The position numbers and the translations under genes are program-made. From sequence record MN850619.1: a DNA stretch of 64,000 nucleotides; one strand, written 5' to 3'. Positions 7,169-16,113 of this stretch are shown here, one piece after another. Below the pieces are notes generated by a model, which ran no database searches, was not told the DNA's origin, and saw only the letters and a list, made by a program, of their open reading frames with translations. This DNA is from Escherichia phage finno. How positions within the stretch are numbered: the first letter of the stretch is position 1; each line of letters opens with the position of its first letter.

Positions 7169-9535
7169 TTAATCGTAAACTGTAGTCCCTTCTGGAACAC
7201 ATTTTACATCAAAGCCTAAGAACTTACTCACTTCAATAGGTGACACTTTATTCCAATCTAAATGGGAAAGCAAGAAGTTTTCTTGTTTTCTTTTTGAAAG
7301 GTAGTTTGTCACCTTGATAACCATACGGTCACCAGCTTTCTTAATTTTCTTGTACAGTTTTGTATCATTGTCAAGGCATTCTTTCAAAGTTTGCAATCTA
7401 CTAATAGTGTAAGTATATGCAAATGGTGCAGCAACATACTGGATTTTACCGAAAATTGCCTCTACAGCCTCTTCGTTACCTTCTAGGAAGATAGTTTTGC
7501 TAGTATCTCGTGAGTAGCAATAACCACGAGAAATCTTCCTGTTATTGAATGTAAAGTTTCTGGCAATAATCCAACTGCTTGTAAGGTCAAGAACACCATT
7601 CATGTAGGTGCGTGTCATGTACCTGTTATGATTAATCCAATGAACATCAGTTAAGCTGTCGTTCAAGAGCTTCTCATCTACTTCAATCCAGTCTTCTGGT
7701 ATCTTTTTCCAATTTGCTTTTCGGAAAACATAGACTGTCTTTCCAATAACATTAGCAACTGACTTAGCTACATCTTCTGGAGATGAGCAAAAGCATTCGC
7801 CATCAACTGTGTCACCTACTGCCTTAATGTAAAGCTGGGGTTCTTCAATTGTGTCTAAGTCTTCTGACACCTCTTTGTAGGAGGCTACACCTTCTGCTGG
7901 AACAGCTTTCCAGAGTTTTACAACACCTCTTACAGCTTCTTTACGCTGGTAATGGTGTTCCTTATCAGACATTTTCACAATCTTTAACAAGCTTTTATCA
8001 AGTTTGTGTAGATTGATTAAATCATCTAAATCTTTTTCAGTCGAGAATACAAACACAATGCCATTGTATCTGTGAAACAGGCTTGACTCGTTGGCGTAGT
8101 CTCGACATGCACCACGCAGAATCTGATTGCGGCCTACAGTCTTCTCAGTACCGTTTTTATTGCGACGGTCATTAATAACAAACAAAAACTGTTCAATTTG
8201 GCTTTTACGCATTGCGCCAAAGATATTGAACATACTTGCCTCTTGAGTGTAGGAAAGTGCTGTTGCACGAATCTTACTCTCTAAAGAGTTGAACTTGACA
8301 TAAGCAACTGGATTATAAAGATAATCTACTTTAGGGATATTGTTCCCGTTTCTATCAACCTTAATATTACCTTTGCCGTCACGTTCATAAATGACTGAGC
8401 CGTCTTCTGCGTAGATAATCCCACGACGAATGTTTAGTAATTCTTCTTCCAGAGTATCAAGTTTAACACCACCCCACTCTAGCTTTGGACACACAGCATT
8501 AAACATTTCTCGTGAGTTCAAACGTAACTCTGCATAAGCCTGTGCAGCATCCATGAGTGTAGGTTGGCTATTAACTTTCTTGATAACATCCTTTGTAATT
8601 GCTTCAGTTATCTTTTTAGTAGCCTCAATGATAACATTTTTTGTCGTATCATTCATCTGCAATGCTTCACGAGAAGCTGCAATAGCAACTGAACCAATAG
8701 GCATGTAAATGTTTACAAGGTCTACGCTCCTACGGAAAAACTCTGGCAAGACTTTGAAGAAATCATCACCAAGTAATGCTTCCATATTAACTGGATAGGC
8801 AATATTACCCATCACCACATTAAACTCTGTCCTGTTGCCACTAGAACGCCAGCTTTGCTTATGAATCATAGCATCATAAACACCCTCTTCACGGGCAATG
8901 ACGTTCATATCTGCTAACACATCATCATATACAATATTGCTTTCTGGTTTTACAGCAAAGTATGAATATACGTGACCAGCCTCTTCAAAGAACTTTGAAA
9001 TACGGTGGTCAGCAACTGCTACACGTACAGCTAAACCATTGGGTTCATTTGTTGGGTTAGTAGTAAGTTTAGTTACTTGAGGGATACCATTCTCAAGGTA
9101 AACAGAGTACTTATTAACAACACCATCAACATAACTAGATACTGTGAATGACTGAGCAATTGCAAATGGGGATTTTGAGCCGATACCCATTGCACCAATG
9201 TAATCATTAGAGTCATTCTTCGTAGAAGCCCCATAGTTCAGATACAAACTCATTACTTTGTCATGGGTTAAACCAGTTCCAAAGTCACGGACTTCAAAGT
9301 AAGGCTCAAATCGAGTAGGTAAATGCACATGGAACGGGATGTTCTCTTTTCCAGCTTCTTTCTGAGCATCTACTGCATTACATGACAGTTCACGAATCAC
9401 TGCCCTTTCTTTAAATGTGTATACACCAGAACTCAAAAGGCTGAACATTTCAGGTGTCATTGTAATCTGTGCTTGAGATGTCTCCAAAGAAGTTGAACTC
9501 TTAATCACTTCTGCGTGGTCATTTACCATGCGCAT
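7169..9535 (-). CDS. rIIA: rIIA-like protein (GHKL ATPase-like N-terminus)
   Basis: KERAVIRELSCNAVDA, RDFGTGL and SNDYIGAMGIGSKSPF match conserved T4 rIIA N-terminal motifs (recalled from memory). Confidence 0.8.
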   Translation of the reverse strand: MRMVNDHAEVIKSSTSLETSQAQITMTPEMFSLLSSGVYTFKERAVIRELSCNAVDAQKEAGKENIPFHVHLPTRFEPYFEVRDFGTGLTHDKVMSLYLNYGASTKNDSNDYIGAMGIGSKSPFAIAQSFTVSSYVDGVVNKYSVYLENGIPQVTKLTTNPTNEPNGLAVRVAVADHRISKFFEEAGHVYSYFAVKPESNIVYDDVLADMNVIAREEGVYDAMIHKQSWRSSGNRTEFNVVMGNIAYPVNMEALLGDDFFKVLPEFFRRSVDLVNIYMPIGSVAIAASREALQMNDTTKNVIIEATKKITEAITKDVIKKVNSQPTLMDAAQAYAELRLNSREMFNAVCPKLEWGGVKLDTLEEELLNIRRGIIYAEDGSVIYERDGKGNIKVDRNGNNIPKVDYLYNPVAYVKFNSLESKIRATALSYTQEASMFNIFGAMRKSQIEQFLFVINDRRNKNGTEKTVGRNQILRGACRDYANESSLFHRYNGIVFVFSTEKDLDDLINLHKLDKSLLKIVKMSDKEHHYQRKEAVRGVVKLWKAVPAEGVASYKEVSEDLDTIEEPQLYIKAVGDTVDGECFCSSPEDVAKSVANVIGKTVYVFRKANWKKIPEDWIEVDEKLLNDSLTDVHWINHNRYMTRTYMNGVLDLTSSWIIARNFTFNNRKISRGYCYSRDTSKTIFLEGNEEAVEAIFGKIQYVAAPFAYTYTISRLQTLKECLDNDTKLYKKIKKAGDRMVIKVTNYLSKRKQENFLLSHLDWNKVSPIEVSKFLGFDVKCVPEGTTVYD

Positions 9536-9563
9536 AATACTTTCCTCTTAGTTTACTGTTAAA

Positions 9564-9740
9564 TTACTTATTAAACATTTTACCAGAACCACCACAAATA
9601 GGGCAACAGCCTGCTCTTGTATACCCTTCCCCGTTGCAGTAATCACACTTCTTGCACTCTGCATAGTACTTGCAAAGAAGGTAAACAAATACTGCTACAC
9701 TACCAAGTGACAGTAAAATTTCTATCCAATATGCTTGCAT
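9564..9740 (-). CDS. small membrane-anchored protein with DnaJ-type zinc finger (58 aa, not in ORF track)
   Basis: Hand translation: hydrophobic N-terminus then CDYCNGEG and CPICGGSG; GAGGTGA RBS upstream of ATG at 9740. Confidence 0.45.
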   Translation of the reverse strand: MQAYWIEILLSLGSVAVFVYLLCKYYAECKKCDYCNGEGYTRAGCCPICGGSGKMFNK

Positions 9741-10057
9741 GACTCACCTCTCATATTTTTGTAAAGGATAAAGCTTCTGTCATGAACGATACTTGTAGAT
9801 ACTGCAAAGTTACTTTCAAGCATCTGTTTATTTGGATTGTAGAAGCTTTCTTTAAACTCGTCAAGAGCAAACTGGTGATGTTGTGGAAGACCTTTTACGC
9901 AAACCTTTATTGTAATTGCTGCTGCAACCTTACCCGTCAGTTCTTCTTTAGCTGCTACTAAAATTTTGTTAAGGAACTTTTTACCATCTTCAGGTTTCTT
10001 AATATTCTCCCAACGTTCTTCTAGGACAACGTTAATGTTCATTTCTTTGATTTTCAT
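9722..10057 (-). CDS. hypothetical protein
   Basis: 111 aa ORF downstream of NAMPT gene. Confidence 0.55.
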   Translation of the reverse strand: MKIKEMNINVVLEERWENIKKPEDGKKFLNKILVAAKEELTGKVAAAITIKVCVKGLPQHHQFALDEFKESFYNPNKQMLESNFAVSTSIVHDRSFILYKNMRGESCKHIG

Positions 10058-10071
10058 AATCTTCTCCAGAA

Positions 10072-10096
10072 ATTAAAAAGGCTCCCGTAGGAGCCT
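10072..10096 (-). terminator. rho-independent terminator after NAMPT gene
   Basis: GGCTCC-CGTA-GGAGCC hairpin followed on minus strand by TTTTTAATT. Confidence 0.7.
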
Positions 10097-10110
10097 CTTA
10101 TCATATACTT

Positions 10111-11892
10111 TTAAAGCTGCTTGTCAATATTATTTCGAATATCACCAAGAGTTGTGTAACCGAACTGCTCAGAGTCACTAAAGACTAAACGTAAAGCACA
10201 AGCTGGGTGGTCAAGTACATCTGCAAAACTCTGGAATCCATAGCCATCTACAGCTTTCAGCTTATCACCATCCCACATAGGTGCTACACCACCAAAGGCA
10301 GATTTCTTAACACCACTATCTGTTTTAGGGTCTTTTGCAAGCATAATCTCTTTACCACCAATGCTTGCAAGAGTTGCTTTGACAGCAAATGCAAAGGTGT
10401 CACGAGTCATGTACTGGTAAGTGTAAGAACCTACGCCAAACACCACGTTAGAGCTTGCAAAACCCATTTCATACAGACGCTTCAGGATTTCGTTTGCACG
10501 TTCCAGTGTGATAGAGTCACCATAGATAAGGCCGATATGCTCGTCCAGTACCTTAAATCCTTTAGAGTTAATAGTTCCCCCAAAGATGTTGTACAGTGTC
10601 TTAATAGCTCCATCAATCTCAGCTACAGGACGTGTTACAACGTTTGCAGAGCCAACCATATAAGCATTTTTCAACATCACTGTATCAGCAACTTCAAAGT
10701 CTTCTCGGTCAACAACCATTTCGTAGCCTTCTGACAGTAGCCATCCAGCAATACCATAGCTGATGTTTTCAAGCTTCATGTTCAGAACAGCATTCAGCAT
10801 TGTGTCACTGGCTTCCAGCTTGCTTAGGTGCTCGTAATAAGCCTTTTTAGCACACTCTAAGTGGATTGCTTTATAACCTGTGACAATATGTACAGGGTCT
10901 CCAGAGTCAGGACGAATTACCAGTTTACCGTCACGTTCCATAATTTCTTTACGAAGTGCTGGTAAGATTTCTGACACAGTTCTCCAGAAGTTATAAGTGT
11001 CTGAAACAATACTTGCAATACCAGTTGGGTAAGTTTCTGTTAAGAAACGACGGAAGGTTTGTAACTCACCTTTAAATCGTCTTTCTTCTTCAACCAACTC
11101 GTTACCACCTTCCCAAGCAATGTTTGCACACATTACAGAGTGTTCAGTGGCTGGTACAGAGCTTCCAATATCAGAGATTGGATAGGTCTGCCCATAGATA
11201 CGTTTAGCCGTGTATACAGCAGGGAAGCTATCAGTCCCTTTAAAGCTGGTTAAGTGTCCTACAGCGTTGAATGCGTCATCAGTAAAGCCGGACATACCAC
11301 GCATAGCAAAGTCATGGCACTGATAAGGTAAATGCAAGTCGTTGTCGCAAGTGAGGTCAGCCCACTTCTTACAGATACGTTTGTAGTGCAATGCAATAGT
11401 TGCAATGGTGCAAGCCTTCCAAATCTCAGCAGAGAAAGCGTCTTCTAGATAACCTGCTACCCAATGGAAACCTGAAACAGTGTTCTGGAAGACAATCATT
11501 GGAACACGCATAGGAACAACTGTACCTTCTTCTACAGCGTATACTTCAACTGGTAGATAGCCTAAATCGTGAAGTGCTTCCCAATGCTCTCGACCGATAG
11601 CATCTTTACCCAGAACACCATTCATGACTTCTAAGATTTCGTCAACTGCTCCTTTTTTATCACGTTCAAAGAAAGTGGCGTTCCAGTGGTCTATCAAGTA
11701 ATCTTTAACAAAACGTTGAATACCAAAAGCTACTACACCATCAATTGCTAAGGGGCTGTTAAACCATTTGTCGCTACGTGGTGTCAGGTTGAACATCAAG
11801 TAATCTGTTGCACTGGGGTATTGGTAAACATGGCCAGATTTGTAAGCGTCCGCGTTTAAACCTGCTGGTACTGCATAAAGTGATTTAGTCAT
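10111..11892 (-). CDS. nadV: nicotinamide phosphoribosyltransferase (NAMPT)
   Basis: 593 aa; N-terminal ADAYKSGHVYQYP is characteristic of NAMPT. Confidence 0.8.
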   Translation of the reverse strand: MTKSLYAVPAGLNADAYKSGHVYQYPSATDYLMFNLTPRSDKWFNSPLAIDGVVAFGIQRFVKDYLIDHWNATFFERDKKGAVDEILEVMNGVLGKDAIGREHWEALHDLGYLPVEVYAVEEGTVVPMRVPMIVFQNTVSGFHWVAGYLEDAFSAEIWKACTIATIALHYKRICKKWADLTCDNDLHLPYQCHDFAMRGMSGFTDDAFNAVGHLTSFKGTDSFPAVYTAKRIYGQTYPISDIGSSVPATEHSVMCANIAWEGGNELVEEERRFKGELQTFRRFLTETYPTGIASIVSDTYNFWRTVSEILPALRKEIMERDGKLVIRPDSGDPVHIVTGYKAIHLECAKKAYYEHLSKLEASDTMLNAVLNMKLENISYGIAGWLLSEGYEMVVDREDFEVADTVMLKNAYMVGSANVVTRPVAEIDGAIKTLYNIFGGTINSKGFKVLDEHIGLIYGDSITLERANEILKRLYEMGFASSNVVFGVGSYTYQYMTRDTFAFAVKATLASIGGKEIMLAKDPKTDSGVKKSAFGGVAPMWDGDKLKAVDGYGFQSFADVLDHPACALRLVFSDSEQFGYTTLGDIRNNIDKQL

Positions 11893-11912
11893 CTTTTAAT
11901 CTCTCTCAAAAT

Positions 11913-11928
11913 GGGGCTTTCAAGCCCC
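11913..11928 (-). promoter_or_regulatory. GGGGCTT/AAGCCCC stem-loop between prs and NAMPT genes
   Basis: Hairpin GGGGCTTTCAAGCCCC; same stem family as the 5' cassettes and the 7141-7158 promoter hairpin. Confidence 0.45.
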
Positions 11929-11937
11929 TATAAAGTT

Positions 11938-12843
11938 TCAATCAATGGTTGCTACAGTAACTTGGGCGTAATGTGTTAAGCCACGGTCTTTAGCTTCACC
12001 TAAAGAGTTTGTAGTGTAGATATGGTCAATACCATTGTCAAGTAAGTTTTCAACACCTTTAGAGAAAATACCATGAGTTACATAGAGTTCCACACGTTTT
12101 GCACCTGCTTCACGGAGATGTTTCGCTGCTTCTATGAAGGTTCGACCACCATCACAGATATCATCCAGAATCATGACGGTTTTATCTGTCAAATCAGCAT
12201 CGTCAAGGATTCGCATACCAGTGATTTCTCCCGTCTTAAGATTGCGCACTTTAGACATTGTGATGTATGGTTTATCCACCTCTTTAGCAGTCTCTGCAAT
12301 CTTCTTAGCAGCACCTGCATCTGGGGCTACTAAGTAATCAATTAGAGGGTCATTTGCATAGTGAACTGCAATTTCCTTTTGAGGAATACTCTGGAAGCAG
12401 TTAAACAGGTTATCTGGTACATAGCTGTGAGGGTCAACTGCACAGACTGCATCAAAACCCATTGCATTAACCTGTTGTGCAAACACTTTCAAAGCTGCTG
12501 CATCACCTTTAAACATGTGACGGTCGTAACGTGCATTTGGCAAATAGTAAAAGATAGCAGTCTTCATAGCAAACTTATGGGGTACTAAATCGTCAATTGC
12601 TTCTTTAGCAAGTGCCACAGCAAATAATGTGTCTTTGTCATAACCCTTTACAATCATAATCACGTTGTTGATGGATGATGCTGCATAAGCAGTAAAATCA
12701 ACAAGCTCTTGTGAAAAGTGTCCACCAATCTCACCAGAAGGGAACTGGATGATGTTAAACTCTTCTTCATGAGACCCTTTTGTCGGTGAATGAATTATAA
12801 CACGAATAGATGTTTTCATAGTTTTCTCTCTCTTTATTCCCAA
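11938..12843 (-). CDS. prs: ribose-phosphate pyrophosphokinase (PRPP synthetase)
   Basis: 301 aa; VMILDDICDGGRTF is the PRPP-binding phosphoribosyltransferase motif. Confidence 0.8.
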   Translation of the reverse strand: MGIKREKTMKTSIRVIIHSPTKGSHEEEFNIIQFPSGEIGGHFSQELVDFTAYAASSINNVIMIVKGYDKDTLFAVALAKEAIDDLVPHKFAMKTAIFYYLPNARYDRHMFKGDAAALKVFAQQVNAMGFDAVCAVDPHSYVPDNLFNCFQSIPQKEIAVHYANDPLIDYLVAPDAGAAKKIAETAKEVDKPYITMSKVRNLKTGEITGMRILDDADLTDKTVMILDDICDGGRTFIEAAKHLREAGAKRVELYVTHGIFSKGVENLLDNGIDHIYTTNSLGEAKDRGLTHYAQVTVATID

Positions 12844-13241
12844 ATAACCTTTCTACGCTTTATCTGGATAATGTTCTTTTTACAATATTCGATAGCTTCA
12901 TCTATTGACCCAAAACTTTCCTTCTCCACAAAGAAGCGAACTTCACCATCTTGTATCTTTTGTTCTTCGGCTGTTGGCTCTTCAAGTATTTTACTTGATA
13001 CTTCTCTGTTAATCTGCATTACATACTCGAAAGAGTTCTTCTTGTATCCAACTATTTTAATGTAACCCCTCTGGCGAAGACGATTGAACCGAGTTGACTT
13101 GTTTGTCTTGGATACATCTGGAAATTCCTTGTCATGGATACTACGTATCTGTGAGCAAGTAAATGTTTTATCATAGCCAAACTCATTATACAGGACTTTT
13201 AACAGTTCAATCATAACATCACTCCCAAATAACTTTTGCAT
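12834..13241 (-). CDS. paralog family protein, subtype B copy 2
   Basis: Start moved to ATG at 13241 (MQKLFGSDVM) to match subtype B copy 1; shares C-terminal motif ending KVIWE. Confidence 0.55.
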   Translation of the reverse strand: MQKLFGSDVMIELLKVLYNEFGYDKTFTCSQIRSIHDKEFPDVSKTNKSTRFNRLRQRGYIKIVGYKKNSFEYVMQINREVSSKILEEPTAEEQKIQDGEVRFFVEKESFGSIDEAIEYCKKNIIQIKRRKVIWE

Positions 13242-13683
13242 GTTTAACTTTAATAAGATGCTCTTTGCAGTGCTCAATAGCTTCATCTAGTGTTTTAAAC
13301 ATAACATCCGCGATAAAGTATCTTACGTCAGGTTGTACATCAACATCTTTAACCTCAGATAAGTTTGATTTTTGTGAACTCCCCAACTCTTCACGCGTGT
13401 TATCTAGCATCCTTGACAGTTGTATGTGCTTCTCCATAAAGGCTCGATTTAATTGATTAATACTTAGTCTACCTTTGCTTTTTACCTGCCCTACAGTCAG
13501 TAGTACACCAGACTGTCTTAACATTGTTAGATACCCACGGGTATTACTGATTGACTGGCCTCGTATAAAAAGGCTATTCTCTCTTAATGCGTCAATTGCT
13601 TCGTTAGAGTCAAAAGTGTTTTCTGTCCCGAAGGTTTTGTATAAAATCTCTATTACGTGCTTCTGTAAATTGCAAAAAATCAT
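13219..13683 (-). CDS. paralog family protein, subtype A copy 2
   Basis: Colinear with 14105..14560 over its whole length (MIFC..QK..IEILY...FDSNEAI...EHCK...KVIWE). Confidence 0.6.
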   Translation of the reverse strand: MIFCNLQKHVIEILYKTFGTENTFDSNEAIDALRENSLFIRGQSISNTRGYLTMLRQSGVLLTVGQVKSKGRLSINQLNRAFMEKHIQLSRMLDNTREELGSSQKSNLSEVKDVDVQPDVRYFIADVMFKTLDEAIEHCKEHLIKVKHAKVIWE

Positions 13684-13704
13684 AGTGTATTCCTAATCAA
13701 ATGT

Positions 13705-14127
13705 TTAAACTTCTTCCCAAACAATACGCTTTCTTTTTGTTTGGATAACCGTCCTCTTACAATGCTCAACTGCTGCCTCCATACTGGTAAAGTGTATGTC
13801 ACCTATGAAGTACCCTACTTCACCTACACTGACCTCTTCATCCTTTTGTTGATAGTCATTACAATTTAAAAGCACATTTTTAGCTTTGCTTTCATTGATT
13901 CTCATAAGATACTCATTATTAAATCCTGTCGCTCCAACAACACTAATGTACCCACTTTTACGTAATCTGTGAGACCAATTAGCTTTATCCCTGATTGAAG
14001 CATGTGGTAGATATTTATTAAAAACCTTAGTTAGTTGTGAGCCAGAAAATGTTTTATCATAGCCAAAATTTATATACAGAACCTTCAGAAGCTCAAACAT
14101 GTTATTACTCCCAAATAATTTTTGCAC
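13705..14127 (-). CDS. paralog family protein, subtype B copy 1
   Basis: MQKLFGSNNMFELLKVLY N-terminus; C-terminal AAVEHCKRTVIQTKRKRIVWE. Confidence 0.6.
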   Translation of the reverse strand: MQKLFGSNNMFELLKVLYINFGYDKTFSGSQLTKVFNKYLPHASIRDKANWSHRLRKSGYISVVGATGFNNEYLMRINESKAKNVLLNCNDYQQKDEEVSVGEVGYFIGDIHFTSMEAAVEHCKRTVIQTKRKRIVWEEV

Positions 14128-14560
14128 GTTTTACTTTGATAATATACTTTTTGCAGTGTTCAACAGCATCTTGGAGTGTATCAAACATCAACTCACCAAT
14201 AAAGAATTTTATGTCTGGAGACACACCTACACCACCACTTAAGTCTTTTTGCTGCTCTTCACGTTGGTTTCGTGGCTCTTTAAGTAAATAGTCTAGCTGA
14301 ATGTGCTTCTCAATAAAACCTCTATTTAATTGGTTGATGAGCATCCTCCCTTGTTGCTTAATCTGTCCTACCACGATGAGCACACCCCACTTTCTCATCT
14401 GAGTCAAGTAGTACCTGATGTTTGCTATTGGCTGTTTTTTGATGTAATCACTTCCTTCTTGTAGGGCTTCAATAGCTTCATTTGAGTCAAATGTGTTATC
14501 TGTCCCAAACTTATTGTATAGAATCTCAATAATTCTTTTTTGGAAGCTGCAAAAAATCAT
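14105..14560 (-). CDS. paralog family protein, subtype A copy 1
   Basis: 151 aa; C-terminal DAVEHCKKYIIKVKRAKIIWE. Confidence 0.6.
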   Translation of the reverse strand: MIFCSFQKRIIEILYNKFGTDNTFDSNEAIEALQEGSDYIKKQPIANIRYYLTQMRKWGVLIVVGQIKQQGRMLINQLNRGFIEKHIQLDYLLKEPRNQREEQQKDLSGGVGVSPDIKFFIGELMFDTLQDAVEHCKKYIIKVKRAKIIWE

Positions 14561-14569
14561 AATTTTCTC

Positions 14570-14848
14570 TCAATCAAAAGTTACGTTTGTTACTGCCATT
14601 GCAGATTTGCATTTTACAGGGTCTACAACGTGATAAAGTACACTACAGTTACCTGTGCTGTCTGGTACAGGCTTTACCCATTGCTGCTTTATAGTTGGCT
14701 CCCCTAAGTCTTTGTAAGAGCCATCTGTAAAGTTGTTTACCATCTCAAGTGCAATTGGTTCTGGAACATGACCACGTATCATGTACATTTCACAACCATT
14801 ACCACCTTCACTGACTAATGGTAAAATCTCCCACTTCTCTTTAGCCAT
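14570..14848 (-). CDS. hypothetical protein
   Basis: 92 aa ORF. Confidence 0.5.
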   Translation of the reverse strand: MAKEKWEILPLVSEGGNGCEMYMIRGHVPEPIALEMVNNFTDGSYKDLGEPTIKQQWVKPVPDSTGNCSVLYHVVDPVKCKSAMAVTNVTFD

Positions 14849-15356
14849 TGTAAGTCGCCCTATAAACTGTCTCGAACTTCAACAGGAGAGATATTGCCAA
14901 ATCTGTATAGTTGTTGTCAAGCACATCTGGCATATTATTTTTGATATATTTCTCTTGCTCTTCATAGGTCATCTTAGGAGTGCTTAGAAGGTTATCTCCT
15001 TGCTTCTGGTTATCAAGTTTAGTCTGGATAAACCAGTTTGCACAGTGATGCTCACCACCCTTTGTAACAGGTTTGTGGTGGCCTAATGTAAATGTTTGCT
15101 TACCTGTATACCTGCAAAGATTGTTCAGTGTTGCAATAGTGTTCTTCACAACACACCATTCATATAGGTTATCTATTGTGTAGTGTGGGTAATAACGGAC
15201 AAGTGCTCTTTCACGGAAGTTATCACGATTCCAAAGAACCATGTGATTCGAGTTAGAAGGGTCGTATTGGTGGGAGTCAATGAACTCTTGACGCTCCTCA
15301 AAGCTGAGTCTTAGAACTGACATTGCAGCCGAACGTTTCAGGTTTGACAGATACAT
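14841..15356 (-). CDS. HNH endonuclease-like protein
   Basis: GHHKPVTKGGEHHCANW...NQKQG resembles the HNH motif. Confidence 0.55.
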   Translation of the reverse strand: MYLSNLKRSAAMSVLRLSFEERQEFIDSHQYDPSNSNHMVLWNRDNFRERALVRYYPHYTIDNLYEWCVVKNTIATLNNLCRYTGKQTFTLGHHKPVTKGGEHHCANWFIQTKLDNQKQGDNLLSTPKMTYEEQEKYIKNNMPDVLDNNYTDLAISLLLKFETVYRATYNG

Positions 15357-15363
15357 ATCATCT

Positions 15364-15395
15364 CCAAAATAAAAAGGGAACCTTTACAGTTCCCT
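15364..15395 (-). terminator. rho-independent terminator
   Basis: GGGAAC-CTTTACA-GTTCCC hairpin followed on minus strand by TTTTTATTTTGG. Confidence 0.75.
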
Positions 15396-15407
15396 TATAG
15401 TATCTGT

Positions 15408-15728
15408 TTACTGAGCTACTTTCAAGATGCTTGTGAATGAAATCTCACTCTCATCCATAAACTCTTTTGCTTCTCCAGTAACTTTTACAAAGTTATCTAG
15501 GCAGATAATCTTCTTATCTTTCTTGCTATAGGTTAGCTTGACCTTTTCGATATCTTTCTTAGAGTTTTTCTCTTCATTAAAGAGCTTCACAGCTTCTTTA
15601 AATGGTAGGTATGAACCATCATCATCGCTAATAAAACCTGTGCCACAATAGTAGAAGTTGTATTCTTTAGCCATAAACTGACACAGTACGAAAATCTGTA
15701 ATTTGCGAGTGTTATAGACTTTGCTCAT
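15408..15728 (-). CDS. hypothetical protein
   Basis: 106 aa ORF. Confidence 0.55.
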   Translation of the reverse strand: MSKVYNTRKLQIFVLCQFMAKEYNFYYCGTGFISDDDGSYLPFKEAVKLFNEEKNSKKDIEKVKLTYSKKDKKIICLDNFVKVTGEAKEFMDESEISFTSILKVAQ

Positions 15729-15730
15729 GA

Positions 15731-15988
15731 TTATTTAGCCTTCTTATTACGTTTACGGTTACGAGCTTTCTTAGCTGCTCGTTTAATAGCTGCTGCACCA
15801 GACGGACGATGGGCTTGTTTCTTACCACCTTTGCCACGGCCTACATAGATACTTTTCATAATCTCATTGGCCAGCTTCTCATCCATCTTGAAGTTCTGCA
15901 TAAGATGAGTCACATCAACTCCAGTGAGCATACCTAATGAAGCTAGTGCTGCTTTTACTTTTGATTTAAAACTATTCCAGATTCCCAT
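15731..15988 (-). CDS. small basic protein, Lys/Arg-rich C-terminus
   Basis: 85 aa; C-terminal AAKKARNRKRNKKAK. Confidence 0.5.
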   Translation of the reverse strand: MGIWNSFKSKVKAALASLGMLTGVDVTHLMQNFKMDEKLANEIMKSIYVGRGKGGKKQAHRPSGAAAIKRAAKKARNRKRNKKAK

Positions 15989-16113
15989 TTCGTATCTCTC
16001 TCAATCTTTTCACAAAATGTTTTAAGTTCTTCTTCAGTGACACCAAACGGTTAAGTTTGTTCTGTAGAACATTGTAAAGTGGCCTTTACCGATAACCTAC
16101 TTTACGACGAAAC

